From a virus: DNA of 64,000 nt. Of this stretch, positions 29,785-39,626 are shown piece after piece. Where the stretch lies: positions 9,097 to 73,096 of IMG/VR virus record IMGVR_UViG_3300009149_000023. The stretch is one strand, 5' to 3'. Made by a program: the position numbers and the translations under genes. Each line of letters starts with the position of its first letter. Positions within the stretch are counted from its first letter, which is position 1. The notes beneath the pieces were generated by a model. The model was not told the DNA's origin, searched no databases, and saw only the letters and a program-made list of their open reading frames with translations.

Positions 29785-32700
29785 ATGAGCGTCGACCAAA
29801 GATTAATACAAGTACGTTCAGTTGATCCACTCCAGGAGATTACATCCGATGGAGTGAACAATAAACTAAAAGCTATAGTGTCTGAGAACAAAGGTGTCTT
29901 CAGTGGCTTTGAGTTTATTCAACTGACACCTACTACTTTCAAAGTAAACCCTGGTATATGTTTGAAAGACTATGTAACTATTAAATATGATGAAGCGGTT
30001 ACCTTAGAAATTACCTCCCTTGGTGATGGCTTTCATCACATTGTATTAGAATATGTTTATGAAAAAACTATCCCTTTATATATAGCAGAGATTAAAATAG
30101 TAACCCCAGCAGAGTATACTGCTGAGCCTGCTAAGTATTTATATTTAGGAACTTTACAGATTGATCTAGCAGCAATTGTTTATTTATCACAAGTATATCC
30201 AGCAGACCCTTCTTTATTTAGAAGAGTACTTTTAACACACAACTCTTATGAAGACTTACAAGGTGGTCAGAAAACTACGGATGAATTTTATCATTTATCT
30301 GAAGCAGAACATACAGCCGTTGGTTCTATGGTTGTTCCTACAGGAATGCCTCATAATGGTCTTGGTCACCTTGAAGGTGGTAATGGCACAGATGAATTTT
30401 ACCACTTTATAGCAAATGAATGGTCAGGTATTGTAGCTGTAATGAATGACGACCAAGCAGCTTGGCATCTTAACCCTCTATACATTGGAGGCAGTTTTGT
30501 AAATGCCGATAAGCTAGGAACTAAAGATGCAACAGATTTAGCATTAGCTGTTCATACTCATGTGCATAATGACTTAAATACTATTCAAGGTGGAGTAGCA
30601 ACAGAAAGATATCATGTTGACGAACAAGAACATATTGACTTGTCTGCTATACTAGCTACACACACTGTGGAGAACACAAGTAAGCTAGGAGGAAGGCTGG
30701 ACAGTGACTTTGCTTTAGCAACTCATGTTCATGATCATTCTGGTGTAGAGATTTTAAGTCAGCAAGGCGGACAAGCAAATGAATACTATCATTTATCTGA
30801 TAGTCAGTTAGTAACCATATGGGACATAGTACAGGAAACTGAGAAGTTTCCTAATGCTGACAAGCTTAACGGCCACGATTCATCATACTTTGCTTTAGTA
30901 GGTCATGTACATAGTCATAACGATGAATGGACAAACCTACAAGGTGGACAAGCAAATGAATACTATCATCTAAGTGCAGCTAACTTAACATTCCTTCAAG
31001 AAGTTATCAGTGGAGCCACGAAGGCTCCGAATGCTAATCTACTTGGTGGTTATGATAGTTCTCATTTTGCTCAAGCTAATCATACACATAACCACAGTAA
31101 CCTGTTAACTATTCAGGGAGGCATTTCGGGCCAACAGTATCACTTAGACGCAGACTTTTATGATGCTTTAACTAATGCAGCTACCCCGACGGGAACAAAC
31201 TATTTATTAACAGGTAGTGACTTTTCTGTAGGAGTCCTTGATCATAATGACTTAACTACTATTCAAGGCGGAAGCTCAACTTATAGAATGCATTTAACAC
31301 AAGCTCAACATGGAAGTTTGTCTACAGGTATAACAACGACATTGCATGCACATTCGGCTTATTACAGGAGATCAGAGTCAGATGCTAACTATGTAAACAG
31401 AACAGGAGATACTTTAGCAGCGCTTAATCTCGCTAATCATAGTATTATTGGATTAGCTGCTCCATCTGTTTCTACAGACTTAGCAAACAAACAATATGCT
31501 GATAGTCATTTAGCATCAGCTTTTGATCATAATGCTGTTCAAGACATCCAAGGCGGCATCCCGACTGAAAAATATCACTTTACCTTACAGCAATTTAATG
31601 AACTGACTGGAGTCGCTGTAGTAAGTCAACATGAGCACGATGGAAGATATTACACACAATCATTAAGTGACACTGCTTTTATAAACAGGAATGGTGATAT
31701 GTTAACTGGAACTGTTAACATGAGTAACAATAGAGTTACAACTGTTCCTTATGCATCTGTTGCTACAGACATAGCAAGTAAGCAGTATGTAGAAGATAAT
31801 GCGGGCATACTTCCAACAGCGAGTGTATTAAAACATTATAGCAGAAATGCTTCTCCTATGACAGGTAAAAGTTTTGCACATATAAATAAAGCTGATAACT
31901 TCTTTGATAACTTTACTGCAATAGCAACTAAAGCATTTCCTACAACTCCTCCGTGGACTCCAACATCAGTGCAACTAAGCTTTACTTTTTCACAGTATGA
32001 CGCTTTTTCTGATTCAACTATTGTTATGGGGTCAGCATTGTCCACTGGACAAGGTTTTGCTTCTTTTGTTCAAAAGATTTCATCGTCCCATACAGTAACA
32101 GATATCGCAACTGTTAACTATTGGTTATTCTGTTCACCTATTGTTAGACATCCTGCAAACGGAAAGTATTATGTTTTATCTATGGATGATGGCTCAGGCG
32201 GTATTACGCCTTCTGACAATAATGTTAAACTATTATCATCTACTGATTTAATTAGTTGGAGTGCGGCTGATAGCAATGTATTTACTGGCAACATGACATC
32301 CAGCCCACTGTTCGGTTATCTATTAGCAGAAGGCAATTATATCTATGCTTTAATTTTCACCGGAGGAGGAACTCCGGGCAATTCAGTAAGATTCTATAGC
32401 TGGGATGTAACTTCCGGTCATGCAAGAACATTATACTTTACACGTTCAGTAGGTGCTGTTACTAAGTTTGATGGATTGTTTAATTTCAACAATGCAGGCT
32501 TTATGACTACTATTAACAATAAAGTAAGCGTATTCGATACAGCAGGTACTTGGGTTGATATAACAGCTTCTAGTCCTGCGCAAGTTGCTGCTGTTAATAG
32601 TAATACACTAGTAACAAATGATTGGTCAGGTTCATCTATACAGTTAGGCGCTTACAACGGTGAATCAACTCCTAACGGTATAACACATATCTTATATTCA

Positions 32701-32937
32701 TCAGTAAATGCAATAAACGTTTCTCAGAATATGAGAACAGCTTCATTAGCAACAAGAAGTAATGCTACATACTTTGTGGGGAGACCTAATACAGGTATGG
32801 GTGCTTTAGACTTATATAAGATTTATAGAACCACTACTACACATGCTTTCAAGAGTCCTTTGATGACTAATAATAACTACGCAAGCAATACTCTCGCTCA
32901 AAAATTCAATAATCAATACTACTATAAGAGGTCATAG
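29785..32937 (+). CDS. Tail fibre-like protein 3 with beta-rich receptor-binding tip
   Basis: Same N-terminal domain and eight repeats as fibres 1 and 2, with a distinct C-terminal domain. Confidence 0.75.
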   Translation: MSVDQRLIQVRSVDPLQEITSDGVNNKLKAIVSENKGVFSGFEFIQLTPTTFKVNPGICLKDYVTIKYDEAVTLEITSLGDGFHHIVLEYVYEKTIPLYIAEIKIVTPAEYTAEPAKYLYLGTLQIDLAAIVYLSQVYPADPSLFRRVLLTHNSYEDLQGGQKTTDEFYHLSEAEHTAVGSMVVPTGMPHNGLGHLEGGNGTDEFYHFIANEWSGIVAVMNDDQAAWHLNPLYIGGSFVNADKLGTKDATDLALAVHTHVHNDLNTIQGGVATERYHVDEQEHIDLSAILATHTVENTSKLGGRLDSDFALATHVHDHSGVEILSQQGGQANEYYHLSDSQLVTIWDIVQETEKFPNADKLNGHDSSYFALVGHVHSHNDEWTNLQGGQANEYYHLSAANLTFLQEVISGATKAPNANLLGGYDSSHFAQANHTHNHSNLLTIQGGISGQQYHLDADFYDALTNAATPTGTNYLLTGSDFSVGVLDHNDLTTIQGGSSTYRMHLTQAQHGSLSTGITTTLHAHSAYYRRSESDANYVNRTGDTLAALNLANHSIIGLAAPSVSTDLANKQYADSHLASAFDHNAVQDIQGGIPTEKYHFTLQQFNELTGVAVVSQHEHDGRYYTQSLSDTAFINRNGDMLTGTVNMSNNRVTTVPYASVATDIASKQYVEDNAGILPTASVLKHYSRNASPMTGKSFAHINKADNFFDNFTAIATKAFPTTPPWTPTSVQLSFTFSQYDAFSDSTIVMGSALSTGQGFASFVQKISSSHTVTDIATVNYWLFCSPIVRHPANGKYYVLSMDDGSGGITPSDNNVKLLSSTDLISWSAADSNVFTGNMTSSPLFGYLLAEGNYIYALIFTGGGTPGNSVRFYSWDVTSGHARTLYFTRSVGAVTKFDGLFNFNNAGFMTTINNKVSVFDTAGTWVDITASSPAQVAAVNSNTLVTNDWSGSSIQLGAYNGESTPNGITHILYSSVNAINVSQNMRTASLATRSNATYFVGRPNTGMGALDLYKIYRTTTTHAFKSPLMTNNNYASNTLAQKFNNQYYYKRS

Positions 32938-32954
32938 TATGATAAGGAGTGAGT

Positions 32955-33080
32955 ATGCAACAAGACACAACACAAGTAAAGGTAGACGACCATGAACTCG
33001 AACGCCCGCCCTCTCTTGACTCAGTATTGGAACTGCTTGAATGGATCATGCGACCCGACGAAAAAGAAAAAGGGGAGTGA
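32955..33080 (+). CDS. 41-aa hypothetical protein (MQQDTTQ...)
   Basis: Translated by hand; AAGGAG SD. More plausible than the 5' part of track ORF 32992. Confidence 0.45.
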   Translation: MQQDTTQVKVDDHELERPPSLDSVLELLEWIMRPDEKEKGE

Positions 33081-33081
33081 C

Positions 33082-33204
33082 ATGGTCATAGCAAAAGATG
33101 ATAAGGATCTCAATTACGGTTTGAACTATACAACCGATGAACATTTACTTGCATTTCACGATAATGAACTATTAAAGAAGAAGGAGCCTAAAGATGAGCT
33201 TTAA
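33082..33204 (+). CDS. 40-aa hypothetical protein (MVIAKDD...)
   Basis: GGGGAG SD; 3' part of track ORF 32992..33204. Confidence 0.45.
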   Translation: MVIAKDDKDLNYGLNYTTDEHLLAFHDNELLKKKEPKDEL

Positions 33205-33466
33205 GCATGAATTGAGTGCTATACTAGTAGAAGCACTTGAGGTTACTGATAAGGTTGCACTAACAGACAAAGACGTACCTAGTCTAACAGTACCTAAACT
33301 AATAGCATTTATTAGGCGGACTGGTAAGAAAAGTGAAACCTTAGCTGCATTAAATAGTATTAAGAGTCGTTTGGAAAAAGAGAACCCTCGCGTATCAAAA
33401 AAAGCTGCAGAATTAGTTGAAGCTTTGAAAAAAGATTCCGCTTGGGCAACCTTGAAACAGAAGTAA
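33194..33466 (+). CDS. Hypothetical protein (possible head protein)
   Basis: AAGGAG SD; N-terminal ILVEALE. Confidence 0.6.
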   Translation: MSFKHELSAILVEALEVTDKVALTDKDVPSLTVPKLIAFIRRTGKKSETLAALNSIKSRLEKENPRVSKKAAELVEALKKDSAWATLKQK

Positions 33467-33475
33467 GGAGTTACA

Positions 33476-33661
33476 TTGTTTAAGTCTAAAGAGGAAGCGC
33501 TGCTTGCAGCGAAGAAAACAATAGCTTGGTTAGATTCTGATGAAGGCAAACAAGCTATGCAAGATGCTATTAAGAAAGGAACACCTTTTTCTGACAAGAT
33601 AGCGCGGGCTCGAAGAATTGATCCTGCACTGCTTAGAATACCATTGTGCCCTTTTCGGTGA
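33476..33661 (+). CDS. Small hypothetical protein
   Basis: TTG start behind AAGGAG. Confidence 0.5.
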   Translation: MFKSKEEALLAAKKTIAWLDSDEGKQAMQDAIKKGTPFSDKIARARRIDPALLRIPLCPFR

Positions 33662-33679
33662 TTTATTGTAAGTTTGTTT

Positions 33680-33694
33680 AAACACAACAATCGA
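33680..33694 (+). promoter_or_regulatory. Putative phage-specific promoter AAACACAACAATCGA
   Basis: Intergenic copy of the motif. Confidence 0.65.
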
Positions 33695-33730
33695 TAGATA
33701 CTTAACTTTCTTCAGGAGGAATACTTAATC

Positions 33731-34315
33731 ATGACGACTGTAAATCAAATCACTACCTACAAACACAAGTTACTTTACCAAGTTAGTAAGAAGGTCGCTA
33801 CTCATTTAAATGAGGTAAACTGGCAGGGACAAACCGAAAGATTGTATCATACGTTGGTAATCATGTTAGAACAAATGATTGATAGACTTGCAGTTTCACG
33901 AATGAGAGTTGCTGTATGGAATGTGTTAGGTACTGAAAAAATTTCATGTGAGTACGAACTAGGTGCTTGTTTAAATGAACTATGTTACAATTCTGTTTCA
34001 TCTTCATCTTACTTAATAGACATAATTGTTTCTTACATAGTTGAAAAGAAGAAAGAAGATCCAGCAGAATTTTTTAGAAAATGTGTTGTAGAGTTCACAG
34101 CTATTTGGTTGGATGAACGAGGTGAACATATTGGGCATGACGATCCCATTACCGAAACAGATATTTATTCTCTGTTATTACATGAGCCTGAAACACGAAA
34201 GTTAGTTCAAGCTATGCTTATAACTAGAGGAATTTTAAAACCTTCAGCAGAACCAGTTGAAGATGTTAAAGGCAATCAGCCTGAACAATTAGAATTATTT
34301 GATCAAGGAGCTTAA
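33731..34315 (+). CDS. Hypothetical protein
   Basis: AGGAGG SD, 194 aa. Confidence 0.7.
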   Translation: MTTVNQITTYKHKLLYQVSKKVATHLNEVNWQGQTERLYHTLVIMLEQMIDRLAVSRMRVAVWNVLGTEKISCEYELGACLNELCYNSVSSSSYLIDIIVSYIVEKKKEDPAEFFRKCVVEFTAIWLDERGEHIGHDDPITETDIYSLLLHEPETRKLVQAMLITRGILKPSAEPVEDVKGNQPEQLELFDQGA

Positions 34316-34318
34316 ACA

Positions 34319-34621
34319 ATGTCCGACAGCAAAAGTAGAACTAACTTAATGATAGATGCAAGACACTACTTCACTGCTGTATGGAAGTCAGAGCAACTTG
34401 CAAATAATATTCCTTGCTTTGAGAATGTTTTAGAGAAAGCAACTGATCTTGCAATGTTATCTGCTGCTTATGAACTAAATGAAGCATTAGCAGAAGAGTT
34501 AGCTGCTCGTGCATTAACAGAGCAGACTATGAATGTAGAATGGATTCAGCAAAAACTTACCTCTCTTGGTAAGCAGAACGATAAAATCATTTACTTGATT
34601 AAGAAGGTGTTAAGAGCATAA
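34319..34621 (+). CDS. Hypothetical protein
   Basis: AAGGAG SD, 100 aa. Confidence 0.65.
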   Translation: MSDSKSRTNLMIDARHYFTAVWKSEQLANNIPCFENVLEKATDLAMLSAAYELNEALAEELAARALTEQTMNVEWIQQKLTSLGKQNDKIIYLIKKVLRA

Positions 34622-34715
34622 CTAGCTACCGCTTTTCAAAGATAAACGAATATATCTGAAGGATTAGAAAAGCACATGCAGTATGCTGAACAGGATAGAA
34701 GGAGGTTTCTATATC

Positions 34716-35750
34716 ATGAGTAATAACATCAAAACCCTACTGGAACAAATTGAAGCCAAATACAATGGCCCAATCGAACCACTTATTCGCGCAAAAGCTA
34801 ATCTTAATGCGGGAGTAGACTATAGCACACTAGGTAAAAGACTTCAGGGTTTCATTTCGCAGAAACTTTATGAGTCTCTTAGCTCAGGCAGTGTAGTTGA
34901 CGTTGACGGATTGTGTGAAAACATTATCGGTATTATCCGTGAAGAAATGGATGAACGTGAACTAGTAAAACATGAAAAAGGTGACAAAGACGAAGAAGAG
35001 GAAGTGCAAAAAGAAGCCACAGACTCTGACAATGATAACGAAGCAGAGTTTCGACAGGATGATGATGCTGTAACTGAATCTCTAGAAGAGCAGGTTAACG
35101 CAATCCTTGAAGAACTGGAAGGCGAAGAAGAAAAAGAAAAAGATGGATCTCTTGAAGAAGAGATTAATCAGATCTTTGAAGATCTTGAGGATGAAGGCGA
35201 AGGAAGCGACGAAGCTGATGAACAGGAAGAGCCTGAATGTATTCCTAACCCAAAGTTTAAAGCAAAAGAAGCTCCAGCCGAAGAAGTTCCAGCCGAAGAA
35301 GAAAAGAAAGATGACGAAGATCTTTCTTTAGAAGATCAGATCAACACAATGCTTGATGAACTTCTAATAGAAGGTGAAGGTGAAGGCGAAGAAGAAGAAG
35401 AGAAAGATGAACCCGCTATGGATGAACTTGAAGACGAAGAAATTGAAAAAGAAATTTCTGAAATCCTCGAAGCTCTTGATAAAGACGACGACGAAGAGAA
35501 AAAACCTGAAACAGTAGAGGAATCTCTTTCTGAACTCGTTTCCAGTATCCTTGAAGAACTTGAAGATGACAAAGACAACGCTGAAGACATCGTCAATGAA
35601 ATGAAAGAAGGTGCTGAAGAAGAAGAATCAGTAGAAGACATCGAGAAGAAAGTTGAAAGTGTTCTCGAAAGTCGTGGAATCAATATCGGATCCAATAAAG
35701 TTAAAGCTCTTACAGAAGCTCTTGTGAATTCAATTCTCAAGGATCTGTAA
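34716..35750 (+). CDS. Highly acidic prohead core/scaffolding protein
   Basis: Very Glu/Asp-rich with repeated SLEEQ(I/V)N.I(L/F)EEL units, upstream of the portal/protease/MCP cluster. Start reassigned behind AAGGAGG. Confidence 0.6.
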   Translation: MSNNIKTLLEQIEAKYNGPIEPLIRAKANLNAGVDYSTLGKRLQGFISQKLYESLSSGSVVDVDGLCENIIGIIREEMDERELVKHEKGDKDEEEEVQKEATDSDNDNEAEFRQDDDAVTESLEEQVNAILEELEGEEEKEKDGSLEEEINQIFEDLEDEGEGSDEADEQEEPECIPNPKFKAKEAPAEEVPAEEEKKDDEDLSLEDQINTMLDELLIEGEGEGEEEEEKDEPAMDELEDEEIEKEISEILEALDKDDDEEKKPETVEESLSELVSSILEELEDDKDNAEDIVNEMKEGAEEEESVEDIEKKVESVLESRGINIGSNKVKALTEALVNSILKDL

Positions 35751-35775
35751 TCTCAAATTTTAACTACGTTTACAG

Positions 35776-35812
35776 TATGGCGGAGTGTTTAGTCGCTCCG
35801 CCATATTTTTTT
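35776..35812 (+). terminator. Rho-independent terminator
   Basis: TATGGCGGAG...CTCCGCCATA followed by T7. Confidence 0.85.
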
Positions 35813-35837
35813 GCCAATTTCCTAAGGAGGAATACAA

Positions 35838-36266
35838 ATGAAGAAGATTAAGATACTAACCGCAGGAAGGATTAAGCTTCCCTACTTTGGTACTTTCCAA
35901 GAAATGCGCTTACCTGCAACTATCCCCTATTCATCAGCAGCTGAAATGATTTGCAGGTCACACAAACTCAAGTTTGAAATTATCGATGAAGTAGAAGCTA
36001 GTGTTCCTAAAGTTGATCCTATTAAGGAAGAAGCCCCTAAAGTAGAAGAAGTACTTCCTGAGTTAAAGGATGAACTAGTCAAAGAACTAGAAAAAGAAGG
36101 AGTGATAGCAGAAGAAGTAGTTGCTGGCCAGGAACTTCCGGATCCTAACGAACTTGCTAAACAAGAAGAAGCGAAGAAGTTAGTTGCGGAAGAGAAAGCC
36201 AAAAAGAAAGCTAAAGAACAGAAAGAAAAAGAAAAGAAAGCTAAAGAGCAAAAAGCTAAGAAATAA
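35838..36266 (+). CDS. Hypothetical protein with Lys/Glu-rich tail
   Basis: AAGGAGG SD. Confidence 0.7.
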   Translation: MKKIKILTAGRIKLPYFGTFQEMRLPATIPYSSAAEMICRSHKLKFEIIDEVEASVPKVDPIKEEAPKVEEVLPELKDELVKELEKEGVIAEEVVAGQELPDPNELAKQEEAKKLVAEEKAKKKAKEQKEKEKKAKEQKAKK

Positions 36267-36301
36267 TCACGCAAGTTTACAGCCTCAGGAGGGTTACTTT
36301 A

Positions 36302-36571
36302 ATGACAACGAATCTTTACAAGCTAGTGATGATTTTAAAAGGTGGTAGAGCTGTCGTGATAACCACATCTTCAAGCAGAGAAGACCTTTTGGTACAATTT
36401 GAAATTGTGTTAGAAAGGATAAAAGACAAAGCAAAATTTATCCACTTAAACAGTGGAGACGACGATGCTTTAATATGTGTTGATGAGATTGCTACTATAA
36501 TGATTAGTGATTCTCAGAATTCATATTCTATGTCTCAAAATAACGATCATAAAAGAAGGAGTAATAGCTAA
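36302..36571 (+). CDS. Hypothetical protein
   Basis: AGGAGG SD. Confidence 0.65.
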   Translation: MTTNLYKLVMILKGGRAVVITTSSSREDLLVQFEIVLERIKDKAKFIHLNSGDDDALICVDEIATIMISDSQNSYSMSQNNDHKRRSNS

Positions 36572-37059
36572 TGTATTCCTTTCTTTATTTCCTAGGAGGC
36601 TTTGTTACATGTTTGGTGTTAGCAATAGCATACAATCATAGAGCTAATAAAGCACCCAAGATCAACAATCATTTAAACGAGTTCAAGACAGCTCTTGCTC
36701 TAATACAATTTTTCTGTGAAAGAGCTTATGAGTTATTTTATCGTTTAAAGATACAACCTACAAACATTATAAAAGAACCTTTATCTAATGTAGAGTATGC
36801 TGCATTAAGAAAAGACTTTTATAAGTTTACGTTGGAACAGATGGGTGACGAGCTTGCTAAGGTAGGAAGTTTCTATTTTGGCGGCACAATTCCACTTATC
36901 CGTTATATTTCTAATTACTTTGAGGATAAGTTGATGGAAACTAGATCAACAGCTTCATTGGATTTGTTTAACACATCCACCAGACAAGGAAAGCAGCGTT
37001 TAGCTGATCTTGCTAAGCAATATGTTGAAGTTCGGCCTGACCGGGCTGAAGGGAAGTAA
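36571..37059 (+). CDS. Hypothetical protein with N-terminal TM segment
   Basis: Hydrophobic N-terminus; TAATG coupling. Confidence 0.65.
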   Translation: MYSFLYFLGGFVTCLVLAIAYNHRANKAPKINNHLNEFKTALALIQFFCERAYELFYRLKIQPTNIIKEPLSNVEYAALRKDFYKFTLEQMGDELAKVGSFYFGGTIPLIRYISNYFEDKLMETRSTASLDLFNTSTRQGKQRLADLAKQYVEVRPDRAEGK

Positions 37060-37062
37060 TCA

Positions 37063-39048
37063 ATGGGATTTGATACACAATTAAAAAACTTAAAAGATAC
37101 TTTATTCGGAGCTTCAGTTGTTTCAGTTGATGATGCTATAGAGCAGGTAACTAAGGAGATCATCACTAAACAAAAGTTTAAGACTACTACCATTGTTGAG
37201 CTTCTTAGAAATTTAACAAAGTTAGAAGGCAAAGAGGAAACCGATCAGCCTGGAACTTCTTTTGTTGAAATGCTTAAGAAAGGTGTCTCAAGAAAGAAGT
37301 TTGCTCCAGAGACAGATAGGTCAGAAAGATATAGACAAATTGATTATATCTATGATAACAATCCTCAGGTTGCGCAGGCTCTTAAAGTGTTTGTGGATAA
37401 CTGCTTGTCTCCTGACGTGTTTACTAAAAACACTTTAGACGTAATTTGTACATTACTTCAGTCAGAGGATACATCAGAATTTGAACAAGCTAAACGATAT
37501 ATGCTTTCTATTCAGAAACATTATAAGATGGAAGAGCATGTAACGGAGATAACAGCCTTGTTCTTAAAGTATGGTGATGTGTTTGTAGAAGTTATTAATC
37601 CTAAAGAAGAATTAATGTACTACGGTGTACTGCAAGAAAAAGCAGCATCCGCTGATGACCATGTTAGACATTATTCTTTAGCCGGTCCGCCTTTACATGA
37701 ATTCACACAATCGTCTACTACACTACTAGAACAAAATATGCCTAAGATAACGGGCGGTGATGTTCTTATGGAAGCAGACACTAGTGAAAGAAGTGCTGGC
37801 GAAGGAACTGGTAAAAAAGATACATCTGGTTTAAACACTGATGGAAAAGAAAAAGACGTTAAGAAAAGTAAATGGGAACTTAACGATCTTAGGATTAAAG
37901 TACACAACCCCAACAACGTTATAGTGTTGCAGGAACAAGGTATTATCTTAGGCTACTTAGTTTTAGAAGCTAAGGACACCGGAGCAAGTTTTGCTGGTGG
38001 TGGAATGTCTGGTGGTGTAAGTGAAACAGGGGCTGTAATAGATGAAATAGTTAGAAACATTCTTCAAAAAGCAGGAGACCTTTTACAGCGTCCCGGATTA
38101 AAGAATGATTCTGAAGCTATTAACATACTATACAATTTATTAAAAAGAGAGAAGTTAAAGTTAGGTGAGATGGTAACTAGGTTAGTTATGCCTAACCGCT
38201 TACAGCACTTCAAACTTCTTCCTTCTAAGTTTGACCCTTATGGAGAGTCTATATTCTATCCTGTGCTGTTTACAGCAAAACTTCTCACTACATTAAGAGG
38301 AGCCTTAGTTATTTATAGACTTTCAAGAGCGCCGGAAAGGCGCGTGTTCAATATTGAGACAGGTCTATCGAGAGATGCTGCTGCTATAATTGAACAGGTT
38401 AAGAATGAAATGGATAGACGAGAAGTTACTATCGACGATTTAGGATCGATAGATACAATCTCTTCTATGACATCTACCTTTGAATCTATTTACTTGCCTA
38501 TGACTAATGGTAAGAAGTTCATAGAACTTGAAACTATGCAAGGTGGACAACTTGCTGACAAAGTAGAAGATATTAACTTTGTACTAAAAGAAGTCCTTTC
38601 AGGATTAGGAATCCCGCCAGCACTATTAGGATACGAGGCAGACATTGAAAGCAAATCGACTTTATCGCAACAAAATATTAAGTTTGCGAGAAGCATTATT
38701 CAGATACAAAAACTACTATCGCAGTACTTCACTAATCTATACTTGATGACTGTTGAGATAACAGAACCAGAAATGATCAATCTAGTTACTATGACAACTG
38801 CCGTAGCTCTAAAACCTCCTAGAAGTTTAATGCTTGCAGGCTTAACAGAAATGGCTGAAGAATTAGACAAGCTTGTTGATACTTTTAAGAAGCTTGAATA
38901 TCCTGTTGAAAGGATTATTAGTTATTACTTCGGTGATATTATGGAGCCTGAGATACTTGAACAGTATAGAGTGCAAGCTAGAGCTGAAAAGCAGATACTA
39001 GCTGCTGGAGACGAAGAAGATGAAGGCGGCGAAGGTGGAGGCTTTTGA
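37063..39048 (+). CDS. Portal protein, T4 gp20-like
   Basis: LVIYRLSRAPERRVFNIETG, IETMQGG-like segment, L..LGIP, FARSI..IQ. Confidence 0.9.
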   Translation: MGFDTQLKNLKDTLFGASVVSVDDAIEQVTKEIITKQKFKTTTIVELLRNLTKLEGKEETDQPGTSFVEMLKKGVSRKKFAPETDRSERYRQIDYIYDNNPQVAQALKVFVDNCLSPDVFTKNTLDVICTLLQSEDTSEFEQAKRYMLSIQKHYKMEEHVTEITALFLKYGDVFVEVINPKEELMYYGVLQEKAASADDHVRHYSLAGPPLHEFTQSSTTLLEQNMPKITGGDVLMEADTSERSAGEGTGKKDTSGLNTDGKEKDVKKSKWELNDLRIKVHNPNNVIVLQEQGIILGYLVLEAKDTGASFAGGGMSGGVSETGAVIDEIVRNILQKAGDLLQRPGLKNDSEAINILYNLLKREKLKLGEMVTRLVMPNRLQHFKLLPSKFDPYGESIFYPVLFTAKLLTTLRGALVIYRLSRAPERRVFNIETGLSRDAAAIIEQVKNEMDRREVTIDDLGSIDTISSMTSTFESIYLPMTNGKKFIELETMQGGQLADKVEDINFVLKEVLSGLGIPPALLGYEADIESKSTLSQQNIKFARSIIQIQKLLSQYFTNLYLMTVEITEPEMINLVTMTTAVALKPPRSLMLAGLTEMAEELDKLVDTFKKLEYPVERIISYYFGDIMEPEILEQYRVQARAEKQILAAGDEEDEGGEGGGF

Positions 39049-39626
39049 TGAATGACGCTTTCAACAAGTTCTTAACCTTACTTGAACAAGCGGAGGATAG
39101 TTATCCTTTCTTAGACGATGTAACTGCGCCAGAGCCGCTAACAGAAGCTCCTAAAGCTGAAGAAAAGAAAAGTAAGGAAAAAAAGAAGAAAGAAGCTCCT
39201 GATCCTTTTGCAGCAGGAGACGAAAAGAAAGAAGACGCACCTGCCGGGGATGAAAAGAAAGAAGATGCTCCTGCAGATGACAAGGATCCTTTTGGTGGCG
39301 GAGATGCAGCCGAAGGTGGTGAAGAAAAAAGTGATGAAGATGTATTCAAGAGTTGGATAATCATTCAGACTACCATTAAAGCTTTAAAGAACTACCTTGT
39401 ATTACTTGATCTATTACTTAGACGCGACTTTGAAAAGAAGTTCTTTGAATTTCAGAAGAAGGTTGCTTCTTTTGATGATACTTTACAGATTCTAGTAAAG
39501 TATTGGAAGAACATCAAAGAACGCGATAAAATTATTAAACTTGTGCAGCATACGTCTATTGCACTGAAGAAAGATTTCATTAATCTCTTAAAGGAAGCTA
39601 AACATGATGAACAACACAAATCGTAA
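39045..39626 (+). CDS. Hypothetical head-cluster protein with acidic low-complexity linker
   Basis: Lies between portal and protease; N-terminal FLTLLEQAE. Confidence 0.6.
   Translation: MMNDAFNKFLTLLEQAEDSYPFLDDVTAPEPLTEAPKAEEKKSKEKKKKEAPDPFAAGDEKKEDAPAGDEKKEDAPADDKDPFGGGDAAEGGEEKSDEDVFKSWIIIQTTIKALKNYLVLLDLLLRRDFEKKFFEFQKKVASFDDTLQILVKYWKNIKERDKIIKLVQHTSIALKKDFINLLKEAKHDEQHKS

Noticed and set aside
24860-31650. Repeats as a nucleotide-level array
   Set aside because: Conservation is at the protein level with synonymous divergence, so these are coding repeats of fibre proteins.
35336-35740. Ser-rich antisense ORF, and similar antisense ORFs such as 33172, 35927, 50126, 51491 and 62862
   Set aside because: Shadows of biased sense-strand codons in Glu/Lys-rich genes, with no SD or motif support.
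36195-36263. A-rich tandem repeats
   Set aside because: They encode a low-complexity KAKEQK tail and are not a separate element.
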